A stretch of DNA of 64,000 bases from Octopus vulgaris (GCA_951406725.2 OX597836.1:13454001-13518000), one strand, 5' to 3'; shown: positions 1-12,817, counted from the first letter of the stretch. Translations and numbers: made by a program. The notes: generated from the sequence alone by a model not told the origin.

Positions 1-164
1 TCGACCTCAGTGCATAACTGGTACTTAATTTATCTAGAAACGTGACCAGAATGCTTACAACAGATTGGAATCCACCAAAGGCACCAAAGGCACTAGATAA
101 CGGTGTTAAACCGGAGGACGTATTAAGTCTATCATTCGTGAAGGCCGTGACAGGATTCGAACTC

Positions 165-245
165 TTGAAGTTTGGCATTCGCACCGGAAGCCCCAATACG
201 AACATTTCAGAGTGTTTGGGTGTCAGTTTGAGGACGGTGCAATCT
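165..245 (+). mobile_element. Possible Tc1/mariner transposase HTH remnant
   Basis: Translates as GIRTGSPNTNISECLGVSLRTVQ, a helix-turn-helix-like pattern. No catalytic domain is visible. Confidence 0.35.
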
Positions 246-355
246 GAGGACATGTAGCGAGAACATGTACCGAAAAACAGAAAACACCCAGCAGAGGAAG
301 ACAAGCTCCTTCGTCATCCGTTGACGATCAAATACCATTACAATTTCGATACCAT

Positions 356-394
<39 letters not shown>

Positions 395-422
395 ACGCGC
401 GCGTGTGTCTGTATGTATGTAT

Positions 423-735
423 ATCACATGATCACGTGACCGACCAGTCCATCAGATGTAGTTACACATCGCTGGTCACAATGTGTTCGCTTTGTTTTAG
501 CATTCGAATGACGCCACCCCGCTGGCTAAGCGAGCAGGCCAACAGAAGAAAGAGTGGGAGAAAGTTGTGGTGAAAGAGTACAGCAGGGATCACCACCACC
601 CCCTGTCGGAGCCTCGTGGAGCTTTTTAGGTGTTTTCTCTCAATAAACACTCACAACGCCCGGTCTGGGAATCGAAACCGCGATCCTACGACCGCGAGTC
701 CGCTGCCCTAACCACTGGGCCATTGCACCTCCACA
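423..735 (-). mobile_element. tRNA-derived SINE family A (tail type 1)
   Basis: A box (TGGCCCAGTGG) and B box (GTTTCGATTCC) on the minus strand. Near-identical copies at 25285, 33050 and 50634. Confidence 0.85.
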
Positions 736-922
736 TGTATGCTTATATGGTGATGTAATCTTATTATTATTGTACCTTCAATAAATCCTACCTTCTTTCA
801 CCTAAGATTATTCTAAAAGTCTAATAATCTATCGGCAGTTTTTTTTTTCCTTTGTTGTTCTCTGTTTACGTAGTTTTGTTATTTCTTTTCAATTTCCCAT
901 CACTCCCACCCACCCCCACCCC

Positions 923-1205
923 AGGCGAAGGCGCGCGGCTTAGTGGTTAGGGTATTCGGCACGTATAAGCGTAAGGACGTAAGTTCCAATCTCGGCGGCG
1001 CGTTGTGTCCTTAAGCAAGACATTTTATTTCACATCGCCGCAGTTCACTCAGCCGGCCTAAAATGACTTGTACCTGTAATTCAAAAGGGGACAGCCTTTG
1101 TCACATTCCATGTCACGCTGAACCACACTGAGAACTACATTAAGGGTTTGCATGTCTGTGGTGTACTCAGCACGTTAATTTCACGAGCAGGCTGTTCCAT
1201 TGGTC
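923..1205 (+). mobile_element. tRNA-derived SINE, diverged, sharing its 3' body with copies at 20410, 46404 and 61733
   Basis: ggcttagtggttagg head and a shared gttaatttcacgagcaggctgttcc body. Confidence 0.7.
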
Positions 1206-1365
1206 ATTGTCCTAATCGACAGAGCGTCAGTTGTTATCATTCCGCCAGTTGTAATCAACCCCATCTTTTAACACACATTTCTGTCTGTCTGTCTGTCTAT
1301 ACGGTAATCCCACTTGAAAAATCAACAAGAAAATATACCTCGCTCTATCTATCAATCTACAACAC

Positions 1366-2567
1366 CAAGGGTTCTCAAACATTTTTTTTACTTATGGGCC
1401 CCCTTGGTTACTATTTTATTCTGGTGGACTTCCATAGCCATCCGATGTTCAGAAACTAGTTTTATAGAAGGCGGCGAGCTGGCAGAAACGTTAGCACGCC
1501 GGGCGAAATGCTTAGCGGTATTTCGTCTGCCGCTGCGTTCTGAGTTCAAATTCCGCCGAGTTCGACTTTGCCTTTCATCCTTTCGAGGTCGATAAATTAA
1601 GTACCAGTTACGCACTGGGGTCGATGTAATCGACTTAATCCGTTTGTCTGTCCTTGTTTGTCCCTTCTATGTTTAGCCCCTTGTGGGTAGTAAAGAAATA
1701 GGTATTTCGTCTGCCGTTACGTTGTGAGTTCAAATTCCGCAGAGGTCGACTTTGCCTTTCATCCTTTCGGGGTCGATAAATTAAGTAACAGTTACGCACT
1801 GGGGTCAATGTAATCGACTTAATACCTATGTCTGTCCTTGTTTGTCCCCTCTGTGTTTAGCCCCTTGTGGGTAGTAAAGAAATAGGTATTTCGTCTGCCG
1901 CTGCGTTCTGAGTTCAAATTCCGCCGAGTTCGACTTTGCCTTTCATCCTTTCGGGGTCGATAAAAATAAATACCAGTTACGCACTGGGGTCGATATAATC
2001 GACTTAATCCCTTTGTATGTCCTTGTTTGTCCCCTCTATATTTAGCCCTTTGTGGGCAATAAAGGAAGAAGAAACTTGTTTTATAGAATCATCTTTCAAA
2101 GTTCCCATTTTGTTTTCCACACATTAATTTATATAGGTTGAACTTTGTAAAATGTCAGAGAAAGAAACCCAGCTGTTTCTTTCAATACACATCAATATAT
2201 ATATCTAATGCAAAATGTTTTCAGGGCCCTTGAAATACTAATGAGGATCCCCATTTACTATATTGGTTGCATGGGCCCCTTTTGATTACTATTTTATTCT
2301 AGCGGACCCCAAAGCCATTTGATGTTTAAAAACCAACTTTATGGAGTCTTCTTTCAAAATTCCTATTTTGTGTTTCACCCATCAACTTGTGTTGGTTGAA
2401 CTAGCTGCTTCTTGCAATGCATACCAATACACACATCTAAAGCAATTTTTTTTCAGGCGCCTTTATAATACTATTCTGGATCCCCAATTTACTGTCTTGT
2501 TGCGTGGACCCCCGAAAATCTTATAGGGACCCTCAGGGACCATGTGGTCCACGGTCGAGAACCACTG
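1366..2567. mobile_element. Probable hAT-type MITE interrupted by a SINE trimer
   Basis: Imperfect TIRs caagggttctcaaac and ggtcgagaaccactg, with internal gggcccc/ggacccc repeats. No clean TSD. Confidence 0.4.
1470..2069 (+). mobile_element. SINE family B (Meta/MESC-like core) head-to-tail trimer
   Basis: One head then units at 1517, 1701 and 1885 (period 184 bp). Core cctttcatcctttcggggtcgataaattaagtaccag. 19-bp TSD at 1451-1469 and 2070-2088 (1 mismatch). Confidence 0.88.
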
Positions 2568-2909
2568 TTCTAAAAGGTTAACAACGAAGTCATTTGTCTT
2601 TCGTTTTTCACCGCATTTTGTTTTCGTTGTTACATCTACCCTGAAAGACCTTCACCGACAATTTATTCGGTCATAACCCTATGCAATAAATATTTCTATT
2701 TTACTTTATTGTATTCTATTTATATATTTGCTTATGAATTCCATTTTATAATCTGACTTGTCATTGTATTTCTTGATTTGTGTTCGTATTCAGTTTTGTT
2801 TAGCTTTGTTTAACTCGAGAATATTCCCATGCTACATAATGCGTGCACACACACAAATATACGCACATTCAGACATGTATGAACATGTTTATACTTATAT
2901 ATGTATCTG

Positions 2910-2966
<57 letters not shown>

Positions 2967-2967
2967 A

Positions 2968-2998
<31 letters not shown>

Positions 2999-2999
2999 A

Positions 3000-3057
<58 letters not shown>

Positions 3058-3617
3058 ATATCTATCTATCTATCTATCTGTCTGTCTGTCTATCTCTCTA
3101 TATATTATATATATGTATATATACTTACATACATATGTGTGTGTATGTGTGTGTAGATTCATAAGCAGGATACTCTTGTCCATTGAGTCACATTTTAACT
3201 TCATTCAATTAGATTTATTATATATGCATATATATATACATACACATACACACACACAGATATATATATATATATATATAGAACAAATAGACAAATAATG
3301 AGGGATTATCAATTCGGGAAAAATACTACATAAACTCTCTGTTGGTACATCAGGTTAACAATATTACTTAGATTAGCGAAGAACTTCTGGTAATCTTTTG
3401 GTAGGGTTCATCACAATTCTATATTGTAAATCCATAGATAGGCTTCAGATAAACTGTTTTTTTACCGAATGGTATATAATAGACATGTTAAAATAATGGT
3501 CGTTACATATAATTCCTGTATTGGAGCAAATTTGGCCTACAGCTGTTTCCAGCAGACATCATAGATAGGTTTACCCAATAGCCATTCTTGAAGTGCTCTG
3601 TTTGTCGTTTCCAGCAA

Positions 3618-3788
3618 TGGCTCTGACGAAGGTATCATTTATATCCTTATATCCTGTGTTTAGCCCCTTGTGGGTAATAAAGAAATAGGTATCATTTATA
3701 TCCTTAGGTCTTTCAATTTGCCTCAACTGATCAACAGACCAATTGAGTAAACCTATCTATAATGACGACTTGAAACAGCTGTAAGCCA
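3618..3788 (+). ncRNA. Type I hammerhead ribozyme motif with long stem II
   Basis: tggct-CTGACGA-aggt...actt-GAAA-C-AGCT-GTA-agcca. Stem I is a perfect 5 bp and stem III is the palindrome ACAGCTGT. Lies in a diverged fold-back at about 3475-3843. Confidence 0.7.
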
Positions 3789-3840
3789 ATTTTACTATAT
3801 TTGAGGAATTACATGTAATGACCATTATTTTAATTTGTCT

Positions 3841-3918
<78 letters not shown>

Positions 3919-3970
3919 TGTGAGTGTGTGTATGTATACAAATGCACACACACACATATACACAAACACA

Positions 3971-4020
<50 letters not shown>

Positions 4021-4024
4021 AATG

Positions 4025-4262
4025 CGCCATTTTAAAGCCTATCCAGCCTCATGGGCCCGGTTTCTATGGCGTATGTGTTCCCCAGCTGGACGGGACGCCA
4101 GTCCATCGCAGTGTTACCCATTTTTGCCAGCTGAGTGGACTGGAGCCACGTGAAATGAAGTGTTTTGCTCAAGAACACAACGCGTCGTCTGGTTCTGGAA
4201 TCGAAACCACAATCTTACGATCATAATGCTGACACCCTAACCACTAAGCCACGTGCCTCCAC
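4025..4262 (-). mobile_element. tRNA-derived SINE
   Basis: Minus-strand head gtggcttagtggttagg...gtttcgattcc. Its tail is shared with the copy at 56682. Confidence 0.7.
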
Positions 4263-4394
4263 ACACACAAACACACACACACACACACACATCTTTATAT
4301 AATATATATATAATATATATATAATATATATATAATATATATGTATGTATCTATTCGTATATGTTTGTGTTTGAACATTGAGACTTATAATGTA

Positions 4395-4580
4395 TTCACA
4401 TACATGCATACATACATACATGCATACATACATACATACATACATACATACATACATGCATACATACATACATACATGCATGCATGCATGCATACATACA
4501 TACATACATACATGCATACATACATACATACATACATACATACATACATACATACATACACACATACATACATAATGCAT

Positions 4581-4613
<33 letters not shown>

Positions 4614-4804
4614 TACATACATACATACATACATACATACATACATACATACATACATACATACATACATACACACACACACATACATACATACACACAC
4701 ATACATACATAATACATACATACATGCATACATACATACATACACACACACACATACATACATACACACACATACATACATAATACATACATACATGCAT
4801 ACAT

Positions 4805-4835
<31 letters not shown>

Positions 4836-5365
4836 TACATACATACATACATACATACATACATACATACATACATACATACATACATACATACATACAT
4901 ACATACACACACACACATACATACATACACACACATACATACATAATACATACATACATGCATACATACATACATACACACACACATACATACATACACA
5001 CACATACATACATAATACATACATACATGCATACATACATACATACATACATACATACATACATACATACATACATACATCATACATACATACATACATA
5101 CATACATACATACATCATACATACATACATACATACATGCATACATACATACATACATACATACATACATACATACATACATACATACACACACATACAT
5201 ACATAATGCATACATACATACATACATGCATACATACATACATACATACATACATACACACATACATACATACATACATACATACATACATACATACATA
5301 CATACATACATACATACATACATACATACATACACACACACATACATACATACATACATATATAT
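4395..5365. repeat. (TACA)n/(CA)n compound microsatellite, about 1 kb
   Basis: Seen directly. Confidence 0.95.
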
Positions 5366-5722
5366 ACGAGTATTACAAGAATTTCATATGAATTTATTTG
5401 TCGCTATATTCATTTGCATATGTAAATGTTAATGTGTAATGATTTTGCTTGATTCTCTTTTTCGTTTCTGTTTGTCGCCCAAAACGGGGGATGTCACCTT
5501 AAATTCTTTCTTACAATAAAGCAACCTGAACAGGTTTCGACTGTCAAATTTCTTTATTAAATGGCAACCGCCTCCGTTTGGTTTGCAATTCTTATTTCGG
5601 TTCCTATGAGAAAACAGACACGACAAAGCCTACAGGTTTCGAATTATTTGTAGAAAGCTATGAGTATCAAGATATATATATATATACACACACATACATA
5701 CATACATATATATATATATGCA

Positions 5723-5809
<87 letters not shown>

Positions 5810-5881
5810 CCATTCCGAAATATAACAATATCTGTTTCAACACACGACTTCCCATAAAAAATCTTGCACAACAAATATTTA

Positions 5882-5978
<97 letters not shown>

Positions 5979-6069
5979 GTGTGTGTATAAGGGTGAAAAG
6001 GAACACACAAGTTGATATATATGAAAAAACAAGTCAAGATAGAAAATGCTAAAATAATTTTATGAAGAA

Positions 6070-6117
6070 CATTTCAGTACCGGTTTCGGTCATTTTGATA
6101 CCTTTTCAACTGTAACG
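6070..6117 (-). ncRNA. Hammerhead motif, U3-A8 variant, in PLE pLTR
   Basis: Reverse complement: cgttacag-TTGAAAA-ggt..acc-GAAA-C-CG-GTA-ctgaaatg. Confidence 0.65.
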
Positions 6118-6871
6118 ATTAAATAATTGAATTTGGAAAAATTAAAAGAAAAGTTTTTTTAAAGGAATATTTGTATAGTGTTCAAATATAAGTGGCATTT
6201 TCCTTGTTTCTGCCCTTCTCTGTCTCTCTTGTTTGCACTTGTGTGTTCGAGGTCGTTGTGAATTCTTGGTAGGGTAGAAGAAGAAGAAGGTTGATGAGGA
6301 GAAGGGATGGAAAAATTTGGGAGTGCCTTGATTGTCGTATTTTGAATGGTCAGTGACGGTTAGCAGTTGCAGTTCAATTCAGGAGAATATTTCTATTGAA
6401 AGGTTTGTTTATGGAATTTGCGTAGGTGTTATACTAAAAAAAGCATTAGTGATAAAATTAAGAGGTAGAAGGTGGAGCAGAAGAAGAAGAAGAAGAAGAA
6501 GAAGAAGAAGAAGAAGAAAAAGCAGAAGAAGAAGAAGAAGAAGAAGAAGAAGAAGAAGAAGATGATGACGATGTTGATGATGATGATGATGAAGAAGAAG
6601 AAGAGGAGGAAGGAGAAGGAGAAGAAGAAGATGATGATGATGATGGTGATGATGATGACGACGATGATGACGATAATGATGATGATGAAGAAGAAGAGGA
6701 AGAAGAAGAAAAAAGAGAAGGGAGAATATGAATGAGTGGAAGTAGTGAGGTGTTGTATGACTTGAAGTTGGCACGTTATGGATTATAGCTGTGATTGGGG
6801 CTGATTTGTAATGGATTCTTTGGAATGTAATATTTGCGTGTGTATTTCTGTTATTCTAAAGCTGAGGTGTA

Positions 6872-7399
6872 TTAATCGTTTGTCGTAGACCCGTTAAGAA
6901 GTGGCCTGTATTTTGTAATAAAGAGAGTTTCTTTACTTATTCGTTGTCTCGAGGTTGTATCGTCCCTAAATTGGTAGAGGGGGGAAATCCTGAAGCCTGG
7001 TGTTTTGTTGTTGGCGCAAGTATCTATGTGTTGGCTGAAAGCTATTTTTCTGTTTTGTGGAATTTTTATCTGGGATCTGTGCAGGGCCATTCTTTTACGC
7101 AAACTATTTTTTGTTTGGCCTATGTACTGCTCTTGACACCCAGAGCAGGTTAGTGTGTATATCAGGTTCTCCGAAGCACATGTGAAGTTGCTTTTCACTG
7201 TAAACCGTTGTCCCTGTTTGAAGGAGAACTCTGATCCCTCAATTAGATAATCGCATATCCCGCAATTGGGTCTTCCACATTTTTTTACTGTCGGCTTCTG
7301 TGTTGAAGAGTGTATTCGGGCTTGTGTTAGGAGACTTTTCATAGATTTAGGCTGTCTCTTGCTTTTTATGATCGTGTGTGTTTGGAGGATTATGTTCAT
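6872..7399 (-). pseudogene. PLE GIY-YIG endonuclease domain, part of a disrupted RT-EN ORF
   Basis: CxxxxCxxC linker, LIY/YIG motifs, and conserved R, H, E and N residues. Confidence 0.88.
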
Positions 7400-7992
7400 T
7401 CTGTGGTCTTTTTTAAGAGGGGTATGTTGTGGAGGATGGTGCCGAAGGCTTCATTGTTGAGAGGGTTGTGTGTGGAGATGTATGGTAAGGCTTTTGGTCG
7501 AAAGTTTTTCTTTGATTTGAGATGTCTCAGTTCCTGGATGTTAAGTTGAAGGGCACGTTGAATGCACATGTCAATAAGTGAAGGTGGCTAGTTCCTGGTG
7601 ATAAGGGTATCTTTTAGTTCTTGTCGTCGTGTGTCTCTGGTTTTTGCATTAGAAACTATAGTGCATATCCTTTTTGCTAGATTGAAGGGGATATTCATCC
7701 TGGTGAGTCTGGGGTGGCATGAATTGAATGGAAGATATTGCTTAGAATCTGTAGGCTTATAATATATGTCTGTTTCTATTACATTATTAGCTTTCTTAAT
7801 GAGGATATCGAGGAAGGCGAGTTGTTGCTGGCTATATTCCATCGTGAATTGGATGTTTACGTCCAGTCCGTTTAAAATTTCTTGGAATTCTTTGAGTTTC
7901 TCTATATTTTCATGCCCAAGAATGAAACAGTCATCTAGATATCTCTTCCAGTTGTTTTCTATGTAGATGGAGAAAGGGCTGCCATATTTAAT

Positions 7993-8040
7993 CGTTACAG
8001 TTGAAAAGGTCTCAAAATGACTGAAACCGGTACTGAAATG
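7993..8040 (+). ncRNA. Hammerhead motif, U3-A8 variant, in inverted pLTR
   Basis: cgttacag-TTGAAAA-ggtc..gact-GAAA-C-CG-GTA-ctgaaatg. Stem I pairs at 7 of 8 positions. Confidence 0.65.
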
Positions 8041-8083
8041 TTCTTTATAAAATAATTTTAGCATTTTCTATCTTGACATGTTT

Positions 8084-8114
<31 letters not shown>

Positions 8115-8120
<6 letters not shown>

Positions 8121-8330
8121 ATCCAAACATGAAAACACAAAGAGAAAACACAACAACGCGAGGACGTGGGACAAATATAGTATTATTGGACGCTCAGGAA
8201 AGAAGGAAAGAAGGAGGGTTTAACGTTTCGAGCGGAGCTCTTCTTCAGAAACATAGGAAAAGGAAAGATCCAGAGAAGGGAAGACGGAGGAAAAAAAATC
8301 GCCAACGGTACACACCCGGTGACATTTTTA
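8115..8330 (-). mobile_element. Short PLE-like terminal element with minimal hammerhead (8218-8252)
   Basis: Reverse complement: gttt-CTGAAGA-a-gagc-tcc-gctc-GAAA-CGTT-aaac. Copies at about 10430, 21553, 36900 (+) and 39970, mostly abutting (TA)n. Confidence 0.75.
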
Positions 8331-8348
8331 TATACATATACACACACA

Positions 8349-8405
<57 letters not shown>

Positions 8406-9339
8406 GCAAACACATACCTACATATTATCCATATATATACTCATATCGGCGTAGGTGAGTCTGTGTGTTGCTTGCTTTCTAACCACATGGTTGTGTGTTC
8501 ATTCCCACTGTATGGTACACTGGGCAAATGTTTTCTACTATAACCTCGAACTGACCAAAGCCAGCCTTTCTCATTCATATATCGTGACGGAGAAAAGAAA
8601 ACGAGTATTATTATAGTAGATTTTTTTTTCGAGTTAAAAAAAATACCTACAAATATGCTTCCATAGGGACACAGAAAACAGAGAGACGAAGCTGCTCCAA
8701 TACTTTTGATTGTGGGTCTGTTCTGACAGCTCTGAACCGTGGCTAAATAACAACAAGAAGACGGGATTAAATGAAAACACGACACAACACTTCTATTAAT
8801 CTCAATTATCTTTAATTAATATATATATTGAAAAGGCAAGTTAATTGGTGCATGTGAGAGAGAGAATACAGAGAAAAAATTAAGGAGGGCAACAGCCATC
8901 GAAGCATGTATTTTTCTTCCTTCTTGCTTCTAGGCCAACCGAAGTGGGATAGTATAGCTGAATGGCTAAGAGGTTCACTTTGACACTACGAGGTCCCGGG
9001 TTCAATTCCACTGCCTGGCATCTTGGTCAAACATCATTTTTTATAGTCTCGGGTCAGCCCTTATGTTATGAGGGAAATTGGCTTGATAGAAACTGTACGG
9101 ACGCCCGTCGGGTGGATGGTACTTGTAATTCAAAAGGTTCAGCCTTGTGTGTATGTGTGTGTGTGTGTGTATCTCACACACAAAAACACATACATGCACA
9201 AACACACACACACATACACACTGTGTTTACGCTGATTCTATCAGAAGATTATGTTAAGGACACATATGTCTACTGGATGCTCAACCAATTACACGTTAAT
9301 TCAGACAGGAGCAGGTAATTCAGCAAATGAAAGACAGAA

Positions 9340-9715
9340 TATGGAATATACGAGAACTTATTGTTAATCACGACAATTGTTTCGACATATCTAACATCGA
9401 TTCCTCTTGGGTGGGACACTGAACAACTGGTTCAGGGGTATCCGGTGGTGCAGATGTATCTCGCCGGGTGATAAATAAATACAACTCGTTAAAATGACTG
9501 TACCGCAATGTAACTTTCCGTTTTGTAGAGAAACGGAGCCAGACGGAGGAAGTATCTTCATTTATATAGATGGTCAAAAATAAAATCACAGATGGCAAAA
9601 AGAGAAACAAACACGCAATCCAACGAGAAAAGTATTAAAAATTACCGTTAACAGATATGGATGTATAAAAGCCCTTGGGCAAGCTGTATGGCGCGAGTAC
9701 ACTGGCTCATACAAG
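9340..9715 (-). mobile_element. Short element with degenerate hammerhead (9365-9474), homologous to 36420-36810
   Basis: Clear similarity between the two loci. The core here reads CCGGCGA, followed by GAAAC-AATT-GTC. Confidence 0.6.
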
Positions 9716-9759
9716 ATATATATATATATATATATATATATACTTAGAAGAGGGATGAC

Positions 9760-10220
<461 letters not shown>

Positions 10221-10356
10221 TTCATCGCTCTAATATGCATGTGATACAACTTTTTCTGAATCATCAGATTTTAATTTGCTAGACCACTGGTTTTAAATTG
10301 ATATTAAATTACTATTCAATTTTTTACCCTTATAATTTTGAATTTAAATATATATA

Positions 10357-10432
<76 letters not shown>

Positions 10433-10546
10433 TAATCCAAACGGGAAAACAGAAAAAACAACAACACGTGGAGCAATTAAAGTATTATTATTAGGCGCTC
10501 AGGAAAAAGGGAAAACGGAGCTCTTCGTCGGAAACATAAGAGAAGG

Positions 10547-10629
<83 letters not shown>

Positions 10630-10647
10630 AGAGATACAGCACGGAAT

Positions 10648-10698
10648 TTTGTCAGTGAACAGGTCGCGGTCTCAAAGCGACGAAAATATTTTGACAAA
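10648..10698 (+). ncRNA. Hammerhead motif, G3-C8 swapped core
   Basis: tttgtca-GTGAACA-g-gtcgc..gcgac-GAA-AATATT-T-tgacaaa. Perfect 7-bp stem I and 5-bp stem II, inside a 210-bp island between (TA)n tracts. Confidence 0.7.
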
Positions 10699-10836
10699 TT
10701 AAATTTAAATGTTGAAGTGAATCTAACGGTTTTTGTGTGTTTCTTAAATGGCTTATAAACACCTTCCATGCTGCAATTGTTTTCGTTCCAGCACACGATC
10801 TCAGATCAGGTCACTTGCTAGGCAAGTACATCTCCG

Positions 10837-10904
<68 letters not shown>

Positions 10905-10905
10905 A

Positions 10906-11123
10906 CTTTATTTAAAGCAGCAGAACATTCAACAAAACCTGTTACTCTGAGTTTCCCGTTGCCGTTCATCGGACAGTTTTCGCTAGAATAGAACCGATAG
11001 CAAAAACTCAGAGTAACAGGTTTTGTTGAATTTTCTGCTGCTTTAAATAAAGCATATTACTCTACCCCTGGTATTTGAGTACTCTTTTTTCCACCTTGTT
11101 TCATATTTATGTGTTTACTCCGG
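10906..11123. mobile_element. Fold-back short element with minus-strand hammerhead-like motif (10939-10976)
   Basis: Arms at about 10906-10954 and 11004-11052. Reverse complement: ctgt-CCGATGA-a-cg-GCAA-cg-g-GAAA-CTC-A-GAG-TA-acag. Confidence 0.65.
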
Positions 11124-11203
<80 letters not shown>

Positions 11204-11469
11204 AATGCATACACACACACACGCAACACACACATATTCAGAGCTTGTACTGCAAGTTACGGCGCTTCGTTAATGAATTCATCTATGTAGACAAGTTGAA
11301 GATAAAAAAAAATAGGTAATTGTGTAAGTGTTCTCTCACACACTCTCTCTCTCCCTTTCTCTCTGTATGTATGTGTGTGTGTGTTTACGAGCATGATTGT
11401 GTCCGTGTCTGTGTCTGTATATTCATGAGTACGTGCCCTCGAGCATGCGTGCGAGCGACCGTACGTGTG

Positions 11470-11593
<124 letters not shown>

Positions 11594-11725
11594 ATTAATA
11601 ATAAAAACAATGGCTGCTATCTCACACTGAAAATTTTTTTAGCTACTTCGATAATAAACTTTACTTGGTTGCCTCAACAACAGCAACAATTATTATTATT
11701 CACGTTGTATTTGTTGTCTTTTTAG

Positions 11726-11827
11726 GTACCTTCGACGGGCAAATTCTTGGACCCAATGGGAGAATACAAGTGACAGTCGCTGAAAAAGGTTCCAAGTACA
11801 AGATGCGATTCACACCTGCAGATGAAG
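11726..11827 (+). CDS. jbug: Filamin (jitterbug/FLN-2-like) internal coding exon, first visible in window
   Basis: ttttag|...GAAG|gtaat, 102 bp, phase 1-1. Encodes GTFDGQILGPNGRIQVTVAEKGSKYKMRFTPADE(G), a filamin repeat half that joins in frame to the exon at 41694 (FTPADEG-DHYIHMYWNG). Confidence 0.85.
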
Positions 11828-11920
11828 GTAATATTTACAACAATACGTCTCTGGTCTTACTTCATTTTTTATCAAACTTTTTAACCGAACGGCAGCAGAG
11901 ATACACAAGTCACAAGGTTT

Positions 11921-11995
<75 letters not shown>

Positions 11996-12067
11996 CTACC
12001 CATCCATCTATCTATCTGTCTGTCAGTCTGTGTCCAGCCCTGTGTGGCTAATAAAGAAACATATCTG

Positions 12068-12216
<149 letters not shown>

Positions 12217-12292
12217 AAGATAGGCATAACATATCCATATCTGCGTGTGCGTATGTATGTATGTAAGTATGTATGTATGTATGTATGTATGT

Positions 12293-12600
12293 AACGGGAA
12301 GGTTTACGAAAATAAACAAAAGACGAAGGCAGGTGGTGTACAAACAAACAAATGTATTAGTATAGCGCTCAGGAATAGAAATAGAAAAAGTCTTTTATGT
12401 TTCGAGCCTACGCTCTTCGACAGAAAGATACACAGAAAAAAAACAAGGAGAGAAAAAAAAATGCGTGTAGTAGCTAACGATCTATCATGGCGTTCTGACT
12501 TCGGGCAGTGGTCAGACGCTAGAGGGACAGTAGGGGAGATAACAGGGTCAAGTGACTTCCAAAACGAAGGTGCCCCCAACACAAAGGTGGGTGTGTGTAT
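12293..12600 (-). mobile_element. Short PLE-like terminal element with A6U hammerhead-like motif (12391-12428)
   Basis: Reverse complement: tcttt-CTGTCGA-a-gagc..gctc-GAAA-CATA-aaaga. Copies at 21368-21540 and 34480-34685. Confidence 0.65.
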
Positions 12601-12786
12601 AAGAGAGTATGTATGTGCGTGTGAAAGAGGGCTGGTGGTCTGGACGTGTGTGTGTATGTATGTGTGGGTGTGGAGATGTGGGGATGGGTGTGTGGGTGGT
12701 GTGTTGTGATGTGATATGTGTATGTATGTGTAGGTGTATGTATGTAGGTGTATGTATGTATGTATGTATGTATGTATGTATGTATG

Positions 12787-12817
<31 letters not shown>

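Larger units (their letters stand above)
5989..8095 (-). mobile_element. Penelope-like retroelement, 5'-truncated, with inverted partial pseudo-LTR
   Basis: RT C-terminus (RYLDDCF, TDIYYKPTDSKQYL..SCHP, about 7588-7975) and GIY-YIG endonuclease (CGRPNCGIC, NLIY..TC..C...YIGQT, 6872-7399). Inverted repeat at about 6016-6125 and 7985-8095, flanked by TA/TG tracts. In-frame stop at 7588. Confidence 0.92.

Noticed and set aside
1470-2069. Regular repeats resembling a CRISPR array or tRNA cluster
   Set aside because: The 184-bp units have no unique spacers, carry a SINE core and have a TSD, in a eukaryotic context.
7588-7590. Selenocysteine recoding in the PLE ORF, as in Naiad elements
   Set aside because: The stop is TAG and the endonuclease is C-terminal. 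The TGA near 30375 is more simply CGA decay.
8933-9120. Possible extra filamin exon after ttcttgcttctag
   Set aside because: The translation has no filamin motif and the sequence continues as a decayed SINE.
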